This document shows, piece after piece, positions 14,701-27,225 of a stretch of DNA of 64,000 bases (position 1 is the stretch's first letter; the number at the start of each line of letters is the position of its first letter). Both the position numbers and the translations under genes were made by a program. A model generated the notes under the pieces. That model was not told the DNA's origin, did not search any database, and saw only the letters and a program-made list of their open reading frames with translations. Origin of the DNA: Fimbriosthenelais zetlandica (taxonomy: Eukaryota); assembly GCA_977030845.1 (NCBI GenBank), contig OZ365110.1, forward strand, positions 41,168,001-41,232,000, in the 5' to 3' direction.

Positions 14701-17700
14701 CCAGGTTCTACGATGACAATAACCATGCTCTCTTTGTTTGCCGAGGTCGGAGACAGGTAACAGTTAAACTGCGCCATTCCAAAGCGCCATTTTCCCTCCT
14801 GACGGCCATGCATGTTTGGAAGATGAGAGCGGATGTGCGCTTATCAAGCTTGGCTGTAGCTTCCATAGATTAATAGATAAAGTGTTATAACAGGGTAAAA
14901 AAGAGATAATGATACCCAGTGGTTTCATTGTTCCTACTGACAATTTAGGCCCATGCCTTTCAATGTATGATTAGTCATACATCCAAATTATCCTATATTA
15001 AGGATTTGTGGGGTCATATTGGGCGACTGATTCATCGTAAGGACCTAGGAAGTTACCCTTTGATGGACCTTATAATATTGTCATGATAGAGCAAAGACCT
15101 TAAAGTATATAGTACAAATGTTTAGCTATAAGATGCAGGCACAATTTATTATGTTTTCTTGATTCCAACATCAGAAATTTAATGACGGCTCACAGCAAAG
15201 AAATACCTCGCAATATTGCTGATACTTCAGTCTTACATCTTCAGAAACTCTAATGACTCTAATGAGTAAAATGTACATATAAAAATATTACTAGCTGTTA
15301 CATGCACCATTAGACACCATTATTTTAACAGTAGTAACAACTATACAATTAAGACCAATGGATAAAAGATGTACACAAGATCTTTTATCATTTAGTGTTA
15401 ATTGGATCCTGTTTCATGAACCGAACAAAGTATACTTTTTTTAAAGTGGGGACCTTGTTCTATTCTTATGCTGTTCATACGAACAAGGTATACTATCCAT
15501 TCCATGTACATATGAACTTTGATTCCCAGATCATGGTTTAGTATGATAGTTATATTAAGTAGCCTGAACCATTCCATATTAATATGCTTTGGAAGGGAGC
15601 GTACCCTGGGCATTTTCCCACTTCCCCTATACTTCTAACTGCTCCCCTCCTTTGAAAGGATCAGACACGCTTCGCTTCCGGTGTCGTCGTTACGCTCTAA
15701 TGGCTTTGAAGTGTGTAAACCTTCACCGTGAACAAAGGTCGATATCCCAGACATGTGTATCATAGGCAAGCTTTATATTATTTTTTTTCTAATCCGGGCC
15801 TCCCTTGTTGTTATGATTAATAATGATAAGTGTGTTCACGGGAGTGGGTTGATTGGGAGATGTGATATGTGGGTGGCGTATTCCACGCGCCAGGGACGGC
15901 AGCGGGGCTATGACGTGGGTATCCTCCGCCGGTCCATCCAGGGTTGGTGGTCCCGGGTAAGGCCTGGTCGCCTGCTGCAGGCTTTGACCAGTGTATCATT
16001 AGGTTTCGTCATGCAATTGGTTCTGTAGGGGATCCTTAATGCCAAAAATACCATCAGAAATGAATATCCCTACTTGTGCAAAAAAAATATTTTGAAGAAG
16101 AATGGCTGCTAATATAGACCTATTTTATTGAACACTCGTAGTCTGAGGCGACTCCGGGACAAAATTGATAAATGGAGTGTCCTATTAGTCAACCCAGTGG
16201 ATTTAAAAAAAAGATCCAGTATTTGTAATTTTAAAGCTGGTTTATGTGGGTGGTTTTTCAACGACCTGCTGTGATTAATAGTCTCCTAGATTGCACTCAG
16301 TCCAACCCAGAGCGAAATTATGAAGATTAAAATGAGATTATAACAGTTTTACGCTTGAAGGGTTGTGCGTAAAGGTCTCGTTGAAGTACATTTGCTCACA
16401 ACAAAACCACTGACTTTAGATAAGAATGGAGATTGACGTTATGCGATAGTAAAGATAATTATTCATAATTGGTGCCTGGGTATATTGACATTGATCTTAT
16501 TGTATGTACACACAATTTTCTGTCTTCTCTTTGCTGTTGATTCTCCACATCCTTCCTTTATTTCTCACACTCTCTTTAACTTCCTTTCTCTTTTTTCCTT
16601 TGTCAGTATCTTTCTCTCATTGGCCTATATAATGATGTTTCATTAAGTATTGAAAAATACCCTTTCAATGAAAGTCTGCTGCAAAAATTTAATTTTTGAT
16701 AAATTTGAATTTCAGCTGGAAAGCTTCTTCTTTTATTACTTGTTGGGGTTGGGGGTGGGGGATGGAGGGGGCAGTGTACATGTATGCAGGGCGCTTTGAC
16801 TGCAGACATGCGTTAAACTTGGTCACAGGAAATAATTTGATCTTGACTCGCTTTCACTGGTCATCAGATACCCCTTGTTCACTCCATTCACATTGTCTTA
16901 ACGGCACCTTTTGCCTGGAGGATTCCGGATTAGTGGCAATCCCGGTGAAACATAAGCAAGGTTATTGTCTTCAGCCACAAGCGTTTACCTTGTAAACCGC
17001 CCCACTATTCAAAACCAAGCGAGTAAGACAAAACCCGGTGCAAATGTTTCCGCCCAAGGGGATTGGAATCTAAATCACTGGCCTAACCTAACAGAAGTAA
17101 GAGGTTGTGATTTCATTGTTGATGTAAGTAAGTCTGGTTGTGAGGGGGAAGGTTGATGAGCTGATGGAGTGGATTTATTCTCTTGGTTAATAAAGCTTGA
17201 TAATAATGACCAGTTACATACAGGTCATTAGCACCGCACAATGCGTACAGCTGCTTCCGCACAATTAATGCGTCCTTGCTTAGACTCGGGTCCAGCTTAT
17301 AGGGGATAGAGGAAAATGTTATTCAACATGCCAGGCGCCACTTTTGTGTATGTGTACTCATAGATGAATACTTTCTCTTGTGTCATGTTAAGTCACTGCC
17401 TCCCCGAAATTCAACAATTTGCTTTCCTCAGTTTGCTGCAAAATTTTGCTTCCGAAAATTACCCAACACGTTGCATTCATTATGGCTAAAATGGCTATAT
17501 ATTATGTGTAATGAGGATATGCGGATATTATGTGTAAATACTAATGATTATGTATAAGAAGAAAATAGTTTGATATTGCAAAAGGCAGTCGAACTAAGCG
17601 TGTACAGTGTCATACATTCTTCTTCACAAACATAAGCTTTCATATTTTTGTCACTGCCTCCTTATCCTTTGGTCCTGGCTTATCTTTTATCACCTTTTTC

Positions 17701-20700
17701 ATTTCCTGTAATAGGCCGACCTGTAACAGGAACAAAATATGACACCAAAGGTGGGATACGAAATGAATCTTATACCACTAATGAAAATGATGGAAATTCC
17801 CCTATTTCCAAAGACTTTAAAGATGCGGAAGGGGAGATGGGGGTTAGCCAATGTCACGGGCAAAGTGAGTGAAGAACTGGCTGACAAAAGTGAAGCAGGC
17901 ACTAATTCATGATTAGTTTCGAATTTGTTGGTTTGCTCTGTTGTAAGGCAATCTCTCTGTGATGACTTGTATTGAAGGACTTGGCTTTGACTGTACCCTG
18001 TGCTATGCCATGGGGGCAGGATGAGTGGTTACTTGATACAATGGAATGCTTCTGCAACTTTTGTGTTTCTTGCCCTCCAGTGGGAGAACCCAGGCAGATC
18101 AGTTACTAATTCTGGCAAGGCATATAGGAAAAAATCCTTTGCTTTATGGAATCATTTTGTCATCAGAGAGGAATGCATGGGTTTGTGGGAGACTGTATTG
18201 GCCGGGGTGGGGGGTGCTGGTGGGTGGGTGTTGCAGAGTGGGTTCTATTATATAACAATTAAATTTTAAATTAAGAAATTCCGGTGGAACATGATCCACA
18301 TTTTATTTCTAATTGTACCTTGCAACTTTTTCAATGAATACTATGATTTTCATCTATTAGTAATCTAATTAGGTACTTTTGACATTAGGGCGTAGATTGA
18401 AGGAATATTTTCCCTCCGTAATATATCTGTCTTTCTGTTCACTTCCCACAGCTTTTATGAACATCTGAAAACATAAAGACAGTATCCAACATGTATACAT
18501 CTGAGCCAAGTTTGGACGCAGTTCATCGATTGTACATTTGTGTGATATTGTTTCTACCCCTCTCGGTCCTTTCGTTTGGAAGGCGCTATTCCTGCCTTTG
18601 TAACTTTCACCCAAAGCTACAGACCTTGTAAGCGCAGAAAGGGAATTCTCACACAAGGTTCCCTTGACAGACACACATTTGATTCCATTTCTCCCCTGGG
18701 CCACAGCCACCTATGATCCGGGGTATTTGTACGGCGCACCTGTAGCGTTCGCCTGTATTGGTTGCAGGACAATGCGTGTACCACAAAAGACATCTGCCCA
18801 CAATGAAAGCAGATATCTCATTGCCTTTTATAATGGCTTTTTGCCAATAGAAGGCATCACCTCATTATTCATATATATACCCACCAAATTTATGGAGAAA
18901 AAGAGCAACATATAATCTTTCCCACAATGAAAGCTTGATCTCATTTTCGATAATATTTTGACGCCAATCATGCATTAGGAAACATACTATGGCTGGAACA
19001 GACCAGAGCGTTTTTGCCGCACCAGTTTAGTTTTGTGCAACTGAGCTAGCACGCTCGGTTCTTGCTTTTGTTCTGAAGTCGCATGACAAAAGAACGCAAG
19101 CAACTGGAGGCGTTTGCAATCTGTTCCAGCCATTATTTGAAGGGGTTAGATTTATGTCAAAATAGAAAGATGAAGATGGTACTTATTTGCTGTCGTGACC
19201 CGGGCCCGTTGCAAAGCAATGTTAAGTCTATGAGAAATGATTGCGCTGAAACGGGCCCGCGGTACCGTGGGATGAGAGAGTGAGATACGGGGGCAGACGT
19301 TCATCTCTTTGAATTGCCCACAAAACACAATGGCTTCTCCTGAGACCTTCGCCATCATGACAACCCTCTCCCACCACTGTGAGACCCATTGATCCCCTGC
19401 GGACCTGATCACAGGATCCTTACTATAATTGCAATGCACAAAGCTGTGCACAACTCTGAGGAAAGCCTTTAGACAATAAAAGCTGCCTTTTCTTCATACA
19501 TCTATCTCTTTCTTCGATTTCTTCCCCTGGCATAAGTAGGAACCGTACAACAGTTGCCCCCCTTTCCTTTTGTTGTGTGCGTGAAAAGATGCGTCGGGGT
19601 GAGATGGTCGGTGCGCGAACTCTAAGAACGTATCGGCAAGAATTTAATTGGTTTCTCCTTTTTATAAAACAGTTTCGAAATACTCAGGCCTCCCTTTAAA
19701 GTTATGCCCGTTTATCATTAGAAATTTCTTATATATGCATATGTGAGCTTTATTAATGCTATACATAACGAGTGTTTCATATGAATTATTATAATCATGA
19801 AAGTTTTTCATAAGGATCGCGCATCACTTGGCTTAATATGAAACATCTTCAGTCACGACACGGCTAATTAATACGCCATTATACTGCCCCATCAATTTAA
19901 ATACCAATAATTTGTGGTATTTAACACCTTGAAGAAGTTGGTCTCTTGATGAATGTATTTGATGTTTTTAAGATGTTATTTAATTAATCTAATTGATTCA
20001 GATTGTGGATCACAATCAATTAGAGATGTTTTAATGAGTCTTTGCGGACTGTTATTATCATTATACTATTATGTTTATTACATCAATCCAGCTGAAAGTT
20101 GAAACAGGTGAACTGTTTAATGGCCAGATTCCCACATCAATGCGACCCTTGAAAAAGTGTTCTGTGGATATTTTGATATACTAGTAATGAGCACCATTAT
20201 AAAATATAATTAGTGTATTATTCATATTGTGGATTTCATTTAAAAGATAATAGCTGATTGCAAAAGCTGATTAGAATATGAACAAAATATATTGGAAGGT
20301 AAGTATAAAAGTACCTTCTCGCCTGACACATTCCAAAACTTGTCCTTACGGGCCTACATTTTTGGCCATATAGACATGATACTCGCGTGTCCAAATTTGA
20401 GATGCATGGTTCACCGAAACTGAAACACCCTTCCATGATTTTCACGGTTAATAACCAAGCAATATGTCCTCGTGTATCTAAAACATACATTGTTTATTAA
20501 AAACTCTTGTAACGTCATATCTTGAGGGAGTGCCATGCTATAAGTACACTGAGTCTATATTCATACGTCAGTATAGGTAGGACACTGGATCATGGTGTAT
20601 AGCCAGCAGCCGATGCCTGGCAAGGCTTTAGCACTCACCCATACATGAAACAAGGCCAAAATGCATGTCAAGCGGGGTGAATCTGATGAGCAATACATTA

Positions 20701-21483
20701 TTTTGAAGGTCAAGGAACCGAAATGACCTTTAAAAATGAAAAAGATTCTATTTTTGATTCGGTCACAGACTTTGAATAGTGTTGGGGTGATCTTCTGGTC
20801 GTCTTTTTCCGCTTTGAATCCTTTCATTTCTCATGCTCTCGCTTGATAGAATTTCTTATCTGCCGACATTTTTGCTACAAATCTTTGATGAATCTATACA
20901 TGAAGGATAGGCCCCTATGCCCATTTTCAGCAGTCACTTTATTTAAAACTTTTTCATGACAAATGAATGGACGTTACAATATACAAATACATTTTTTTTT
21001 AATCCATGACAAATTTCAGTGGTTAATTCTTGGAACATGGAAAACTGCATGGGTTTTGTATTAAGAAGATTCTATTAATGTTTTCACCTATGATTATTTA
21101 TATTGTTTATTTATTTGATACGTGCATGTTGTGAGAGGCATGTAAGAGAAACATTACTACCGTTCCGGGACAGCAGACATATTTTGTGCCAACTACGCGT
21201 TTCCTTCGCGTCCTGAGATAGCAGAGATATGAGTGCTGTTTGGACATTATACAAATCCAGTAATGATATTATTTAATCATTTTTTTCAGATGGTGCGGAG
21301 CATTTTTTATACTATTACCCACGCTTCTGCCTCGTCTATTGGAAAGATCATCATCGTGCTGCTTTCTACCCCGGTGTAGAGGTGGCACCACTAGTCCGCT
21401 ACAAGCATAAAGATATTCTCGCCTTCGTGCGTTCTGCCATCTCCAAGCCCGAGAGCGCATTCATCGAAACTGAACATTTCTGA
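294..21483 (+). CDS. Multi-thioredoxin-fold, PDI-like protein; 5'-truncated gene model, 13 exons in the window (~651 aa)
   Basis: Exons: 294-480, 731-814, 954-1102, 1316-1462, 3055-3213, 3895-3979, 5475-5662, 6494-6580, 8311-8387, 8814-8955, 9958-10293, 12174-12294, 21290-21483. All have AG/GT boundaries and compatible phases, giving one open frame. Trx-like motifs: [49 protein letters not shown] and [25 protein letters not shown]. The orthologue cannot be named from sequence alone. Confidence 0.8.
731..814 (+). CDS. PDI-like gene exon ([28 protein letters not shown])
   Basis: gtcattcag acceptor; phase 1 in and out with the donor at 815 (gtacgg); an alternative donor at 820 (gtaagc) is possible. 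Confidence 0.65.
954..1102 (+). CDS. PDI-like gene exon ([13 protein letters not shown]...HTAPSE)
   Basis: ttgtttcag acceptor; GAA|gtaagt donor; open only in phase 1. Confidence 0.75.
1316..1462 (+). CDS. PDI-like gene exon ([13 protein letters not shown]...QTQDK)
   Basis: tttttctccaccag acceptor; AAG|gtatga donor; 147 nt, phase 0/0. Confidence 0.75.
3055..3213 (+). CDS. PDI-like gene exon ([31 protein letters not shown]...QVTL)
   Basis: atctttcag acceptor; CTG|gtaata donor; 159 nt; start of a Trx domain. Confidence 0.8.
3895..3979 (+). CDS. PDI-like gene exon carrying the CxxC motif ([21 protein letters not shown])
   Basis: tttctcattgtcag acceptor; G|gtaggt donor; CASC at the canonical Trx active-site position. 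Confidence 0.85.
5475..5662 (+). CDS. PDI-like gene exon ([33 protein letters not shown]...)
   Basis: acattttcag acceptor; CTG|gtgaga donor; typical Trx VDC..C....GFPTL motif with cis-Pro. Confidence 0.88.
6494..6580 (+). CDS. PDI-like gene exon ([19 protein letters not shown]...WDET)
   Basis: cctttatccag acceptor; ACG|gtaagc donor; 87 nt, phase 0/0. Confidence 0.8.
6698..7464. repeat. ~175-bp tandem satellite, ~4.4 copies, intronic
   Basis: The block ttcgagtaagccccgggtgtgtcgaga recurs at 6831, 7006, 7181 and 7355 (spacing 175/175/174). Confidence 0.97.
8311..8387 (+). CDS. PDI-like gene exon ([26 protein letters not shown])
   Basis: ttttcttttag acceptor; AG|gtacgt donor; phase 0 to 2. Confidence 0.75.
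8633..8718. repeat. (CTTT)n microsatellite
   Basis: Uninterrupted ctttctttcttt run. Confidence 0.97.
8814..8955 (+). CDS. PDI-like gene exon ([23 protein letters not shown]...TITQ)
   Basis: ttttatttccag acceptor; CAA|gtaagc donor; phase 2 to 0. Confidence 0.82.
9958..10293 (+). CDS. PDI-like gene exon (VILERRDGL...EAKFYK)
   Basis: 336 nt open, GC-richer codon-like sequence; tctgaag acceptor; AAG|gtgatt donor. Confidence 0.82.
11757..11808. repeat. (GGAT)n microsatellite
   Basis: ggatggatggat run, preceded by degenerate GACT/GACA-type repeats at ~11590-11670. Confidence 0.95.
12174..12294 (+). CDS. PDI-like gene exon ([30 protein letters not shown]...RIF)
   Basis: ctttttatttcag acceptor; A|gtaagt donor; phase 0 to 1. 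Confidence 0.82.
18989..19133. mobile_element. Small inverted-repeat element (MITE-like)
   Basis: atggctggaacaga (18989-19002) and tctgttccagccat (19120-19133) are exact 14-bp reverse complements, with further imperfect internal pairing; no clear TSD. Confidence 0.5.
19198..19263. mobile_element. Short hairpin MITE, PIF/Harbinger-like TIR (GGGCCCGTTTCA), core AATGTTAAGTCTATG
   Basis: acc-cgggcccgttgca ... tgaaacgggcccgcggt; related copies at 22655, 36688 and 37344. Confidence 0.65.
21290..21483 (+). CDS. PDI-like gene terminal exon ([18 protein letters not shown]...SAFIETEHF*)
   Basis: catttttttcag acceptor; phase 1 matches the 12294 donor; TGA at 21481-21483; additional exons inside the ~9 kb intron are not excluded. 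Confidence 0.7.
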
Positions 21484-22653
21484 AGAATTTATTCTCAGGA
21501 GTTGTTAGAGAAAACCCCCAAAAAGGAATATGTTGGAGTATTGTATGACATACAGTATATTTCATTCCCCATTTAGTTGGAAAATGAATTCCTCATTTCA
21601 TATACCAGGGAAAATTGTATACATATTCTATGCACAAATATTAACAAAATATTGTTCTTATTTATGCAGCTACACATATGATTCCTTTTAGGATTTAACT
21701 GAAATCCGGAATTCGTGATTAATCGTTTCTGTTTGAATTTATGTAGGATTGCTTATTTTCTTATCATCTGCGTAGTGATGGTATAAACACTATAGATTCA
21801 TTTGTTTCTATGTAGGGAAAATTTACCTGAGCGTTTAGTGAATGAGTGATAATGAGCAATATTATACCAAATTCGTGATAAGATTATGAGCTTATTGGAA
21901 AGTCGCAGGCTAGCATATAGACGAACTAGTTTGCTATAGATTGTGTTATTGGCTCGGATGGTTGTGGTAAACTGAAGACTAATCTGTCAGCAAATGTACC
22001 ATAGTTATAGTAATTAGTGAGAATAATGATGAAAGTATGGAGCGAAAATGTTTCCTCCGACCATCTGATGATAATGATGGTGATGACAGAGGAAGAAATG
22101 AACAGTGGCTACAGCTTAACGACCTAACATACAAATTAGATTTCCTACACATCTTAATTGGATTAATTTGAGTGTATGTCCAGGTGAGGGGAATAGACAC
22201 GTGTTGTACGGGTTTAATTTATACAGGTGACATAAGGGGGCGGCAGGGGGTAATAAGGGGGTTGACGGTAGGAAGGGTGAATGGGTGCGAGCGGGAAGGA
22301 TGGAAGAAGAGGGTAATGAGGGTGTATAGGGCAGGTATATAGGGATGCCACGGTCCACCTGTTGGTTGTCAATTCACACGAGGTAACTGGACAATGTGTT
22401 ACCTCATTACACACAATAGTGACCACCTCGCGTGGTCAGTTCTAGCCACAATGTCCAGGTCCCTATATAGTCTAATGTGCCGTCATTATGAAGGCAACAG
22501 GCTGCTACTGTGATGAGACAACCTTGGCCCAACGTGTGCCGCTGGCCTTTCTTTTGTATCGTTGCCAATGAAGTTAATGCAGGATAATCAGAATGGACCT
22601 TACATGTATAATAATGCATCGCTCTCATTCAATTATACCTTGTCACAAGTACA

Positions 22654-22702
22654 TGAGCTTGTTTCGAAACAACCATTACCAATGTTAAGTCTATGGGAAA
22701 TA
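22654..22702. mobile_element. Truncated copy of the same hairpin MITE family
   Basis: gagcttgtttcgaaac...caatgttaagtctatgggaaat; right arm absent. Confidence 0.5.
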
Positions 22703-24898
22703 TAAAGGCATAAAAGGGATCTAGAAAAAATATTTCCAATTTTTGGCAACTGGTTATCCATTTTGGGTTCTATTTACAATAAATCAATTATTTGAATCAA
22801 TTATTAGAAAAGAACCATAAACATAACTTCTTGTGAGTTATGGTTTATGCAGCCTGATGGATTGACCCTGATTGTATCTGTTTGTATTGAACATTGGCAC
22901 CCCGTGCGTGTGAGCAGTACACCAGTGTTAATCGTGTAATCTTCCAAAGAAGGGCCAAGGGTAAGCCTTGTGTATTATATGGATAATCCCTTAGTTAATA
23001 TTCTCCCTACTGATTCGCCACCAGAACTGTATAATCTATCCATATATTGAATGCTGGCCATTTTCTGTCAGATCAACTGTGATGCTTGGTTGTATGGTGG
23101 TTGGGGGTGGGGGTATTATAGGTGATGGGGATGGAGGGGTGGGGGTGCATGGGGGTTGGTTTCAGGGGAATTTGGTATACAGAAGTAAAAGCGGAGGCGG
23201 TATAGAATCATGTCATACTTGAACCTCTTCAGTATGTATGGTGTATACCTATCTTCCCAATAACAGGGGACGAGAGGATAATGATGACCTGTGTAAAAAA
23301 GTGAAGAGGAATTGGCTGAAAATCGTGCGGTGGTGAGAGATGAGAAAGGCTTATTGTGATGCAGTAAAAACTGTATGATACCAGCATTATATGAGCAGCT
23401 CTGTGATGAAATGATGAAAACTTACTTATACAAATACCACGTCTACCCGTAGTTTCTAGCCTAATCATGGAAGTCATGCTATATTTTTAATACATCTTTC
23501 AAAAGTAACTGTAATTTGGTGAGAATTGAAAAGGATATTTTAGACTAAATTTATTGTTATATGTATGCCCCCATATATATGATCACACTGTGTGTTTGTT
23601 ATCCGGTCAAGTGATTGACTACACTCTATGGGGAGATTTTCTTCAGTACATATTCTAACATTGAGTGTTAAGTGTGCAAATGTTTGAGCGCATATCAAGG
23701 CTAAGCATGGTCGGTCCCTTTTATAACCTAGATATTCTCATGGTCCCTAGGCCTACATGGGCTAGAAAATAACCCTTCTAGCAGGGCCCAGAAGTGTAAA
23801 AGAGCTTTGCCAAAAAGTTGTGTTTAAGATGTAAATCGAGGTTTTGTGGAATGCCGAATCGGCCATGTTTTCGGCTTTGCATATTATGTGTGTTTGAATT
23901 TGCCAATCTTCGCTTCTTCATTCACTTGTTCCTTCCTGCCTTCCTTCTTATCTTCTACCTAGCTACATCCCTCCCGTCCTAATTTCCATTCCCCATATTC
24001 CTTCATTCCTTCTCCAGCGCTTTCATTCTTCTCCTTTTTCTTCTTTTCCGTGGATCGTTCGCAACAACACTTTGTTTTTGTATTGATTATGCCTATTACA
24101 TTGTATATATGTACATTTGTACACCTAACATTTCCCTCGCGAACTTCTCGCCTACCTTCTCACCCTCTCCTGTCCCCAGTTCATCATTTGCACCCCACTC
24201 CTCACCCTTCTCTATAGCACCTATTCTCTTTTCCTCCATTTTATACATCTCCCAAGGACAAAGGATGATCAAAAGTCGTCTCGTACATTCATTTCCTTCT
24301 CCTTGGCAGATCCCCATCTCTGATATGTGTATTCATTTGCACAGTCATCTATACCAGCCTGCTTCCACCACAAAGACTCGCGACAAAAACAAAATCATCA
24401 TTTTCTTTAATGCCATATCTACCTAGTCCATATGCCTCGCTTTACTAACTTTAATGATATCATTTTTGTCGCCCCAAGTTATACAGACCTGTTAACCCCA
24501 TCGCTAAAATTTGTGGCAGTAAAACTGCCATATCGCCCTAATGTAACGTCTTTAATGATGCCTCAAACACTTTACCTACCAGTTAACTTTGTCTCTCATC
24601 TACATATATACACTTAGCGCTGCTTTTTCCTCACCTTATCGAGACAATGCTTGGCGCGCTGGAGGCTATACTTTGGGTGAAGTACATTAATGGGTGCCGC
24701 AGTGAAACCAATATCTCCAGGTTTTAAGGTATTATATTGAAATAGTTTTGTTTCAGCCAAAGCTTTTTCTTTTCATCCAAGGCTTTGCCTCTAGTTTTTG
24801 TGCATGCAGATTCTGGGCTTATTCTGCATACCCCGAATCTTGCCCTCCGGAGTCTACTCTCCAGCTTCTGATTTTGCTTTATATCCTATTCTTCCTTC

Positions 24899-24990
24899 AT
24901 CCATCCATCCATTATCCATCCATCCATTATCCATCCATCCATCCATCCATCTATCCATCCATCCATCCATCAATACATTCATCCATCTAT
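24899..24990. repeat. (CCAT)n microsatellite, interrupted
   Basis: ccatccatccat with ccattat variants. Confidence 0.93.
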
Positions 24991-27183
24991 CCATTCTTCT
25001 TGCTCTTCTTTTTTCTATCTCCATGTCTCTTCTCCCTTACATACTTTCCACCTCTTCTCTTCTCCTGCTCCCCTCTCTCTCTCACCCATCTCTCTATCTT
25101 TAACCATACTATAGAAGAAGGCCATTGTTCCAGGCAGAACAATCAAGACCTGCCAGAGCTAATCCGGCGGCAGAGAAAGAAGTCGGAGATCGTACCTGAT
25201 CGCTTTGAAAGGCAGTAGAAGCGTGCTGGGATCCGCTCCCTAACTTTGATCTCTGTTAGAAGTGTCAGGCATTCGCACGTGCACGTGCGCCTCTTTTTTA
25301 ACCACCTACTTTTTAACCCCCCCCCCCCCCCCTCACCCCCCCTCCCATCACCCCCATCCCGACCACCCCACTGTCTTATTCTCTTATTCCTCTACTCTCC
25401 TGTCACCATCTTTGCATACCCGACTACCTTTGATATCTGCAAGGTTTCTAGCATATGTGGAATCTTATCAATCAATACAACTGTCACATTTAAAGAAATA
25501 CCACTTTCCTGATGCTAAATATTCTTGATGTATTTTGTATATACATGTATCAATAATTTAAAAGGTTAATGAATTTTGATATGGAAAATCGAAAGAGCAT
25601 CGGTCTGATAAAAACAATGGGAAAATCAGTTAAATAAATACTAATTGTGTGAAATCTAGTAACTACAAAATTTCTCACCTAAATTCATATAGAATTTTAT
25701 ACTGTCATTTACTGTATACATGTGCAGGTGCAGGGTTTGCAATGTTCTAACACTTCAGATACCATTAAATATTATTGAGTCACAATATTGAGCGAAAATA
25801 ATTAATTTAATATTTGAGTGAAAGCAATATGACTATACATGATTGTGACTTGTAGAGGCCACATATACCACAAGTGTCAAAGAGATCATTGAAGAACTAT
25901 ATCATTGCAAAAATACTGTTTCTAACCTTTGGTCATTGGAGAATGAGCAGTGATCGAGTTACATGGGATTCCAACCATAAAGTATAGATAGATAGGGACT
26001 GTGTTCTCAGGTGCACCGAATCAGTGCGGTCTCCTGTAACTTTTCACTGCATTAAACAGTCATTTGTAAGGATGTACTGCACAAAGCTTGCCCGGGGGTT
26101 ACACACTTTATATATGCTGTAATTCAGGTTCACAGTAACAGAATTCCCCACCTTTTGTCGTCGGTTTTGATTATGTATTTCCTAAGATGTGCATTTCACA
26201 GTAAGGCAACGTGGGGACGCAGTCTCCCAACATGAGACGAGAGAGTCTATGAAAGGAGATCTCATGGTTACAAAGAGTTACGAAGGCGGTTCATTCTAGG
26301 TAAAGTTCAAATATCAAAGTCAAAATCAGATCTGCCCACTCCCATTCCCTCAGTGTCGCGTCAGGTGGGGGATGAGGATGGGGAGGACATTATATAATCC
26401 TCATCAATGATTGACAAGGAAACTACTTTATCTTTGAAGGGATGAACTCTCATCACAAAATATGCAAATATTGTGGACGGAATTTTGAGAGAGAGAAATA
26501 AGGAAAGAAAACCCTCAAAAAAAACTTTTAATTATTAAAGTGGACAGGGAAAACAGTCTCAATATGAATACATGTTGTTATGGTAAAAAGGTTCATTAGC
26601 ATGTGTACGTCAATGACCATTAGTGACGTTCAGATGACGTTGAGAAATGTATTAATTAAATAACTAAGGATGTTCTAGTGTGAAATTTGTACCAGACAGG
26701 AAGTAGCGGAGCAGGTTGAAGACTCGACCTGTCACCCTTTAACGAGGGGATATTGCAATGTTTGCTGTTTGTATTGCAAAGGCCTAAGCACAGCTTTTGT
26801 GTACGTGCCAAGGGCCAATTTACACATGCATACAATGCCTTGATTGGCCTCAGGCCCTCCTTAGCCAGGTGTGAAAGTAGATTGTATGTATACTGCATCT
26901 CTATAATGGGTTAGTTAAACGTCCTCTGTCTGTATGAAGCTGGTCTTCATTCTACATGTAGCGCCAAATGCAAGGTCCCTGTCTTTTACAGGAACAAAGT
27001 ACAATTTGATGTCTATAGTAATTATTGTGCATGTTATTTAATAAAATTACTATTGTTATAATATTGATTAAGTAATAGTGTAATAATACGTGTATTTGGT
27101 GATTTTTTATGATTATTTTTTCCATTTGTTTTTTAATTAGTTATTTTCTAACAAGAAAGATATGACGAAATGATCCACTTTTT

Positions 27184-27225
27184 TAATAGATATGCTCGTT
27201 ATTAAAATAACGAGCATATCTATTA
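27184..27225. repeat. Perfect 20-bp inverted repeat with a 2-nt spacer
   Basis: taatagatatgctcgttatt-aa-aataacgagcatatctatta. Confidence 0.97.

Noticed and set aside
21481-21580. TGA of the Trx-like gene as a selenocysteine codon, given TRNAU1AP nearby
   Set aside because: The TGA is not in a CxxU/UxxC context, the read-through peptide is unremarkable, and I could not identify a SECIS. A SECISearch run would settle it.
24748-25218. 156-aa and 101-aa ORFs
   Set aside because: Driven by the (CCAT)n microsatellite and pyrimidine tracts.
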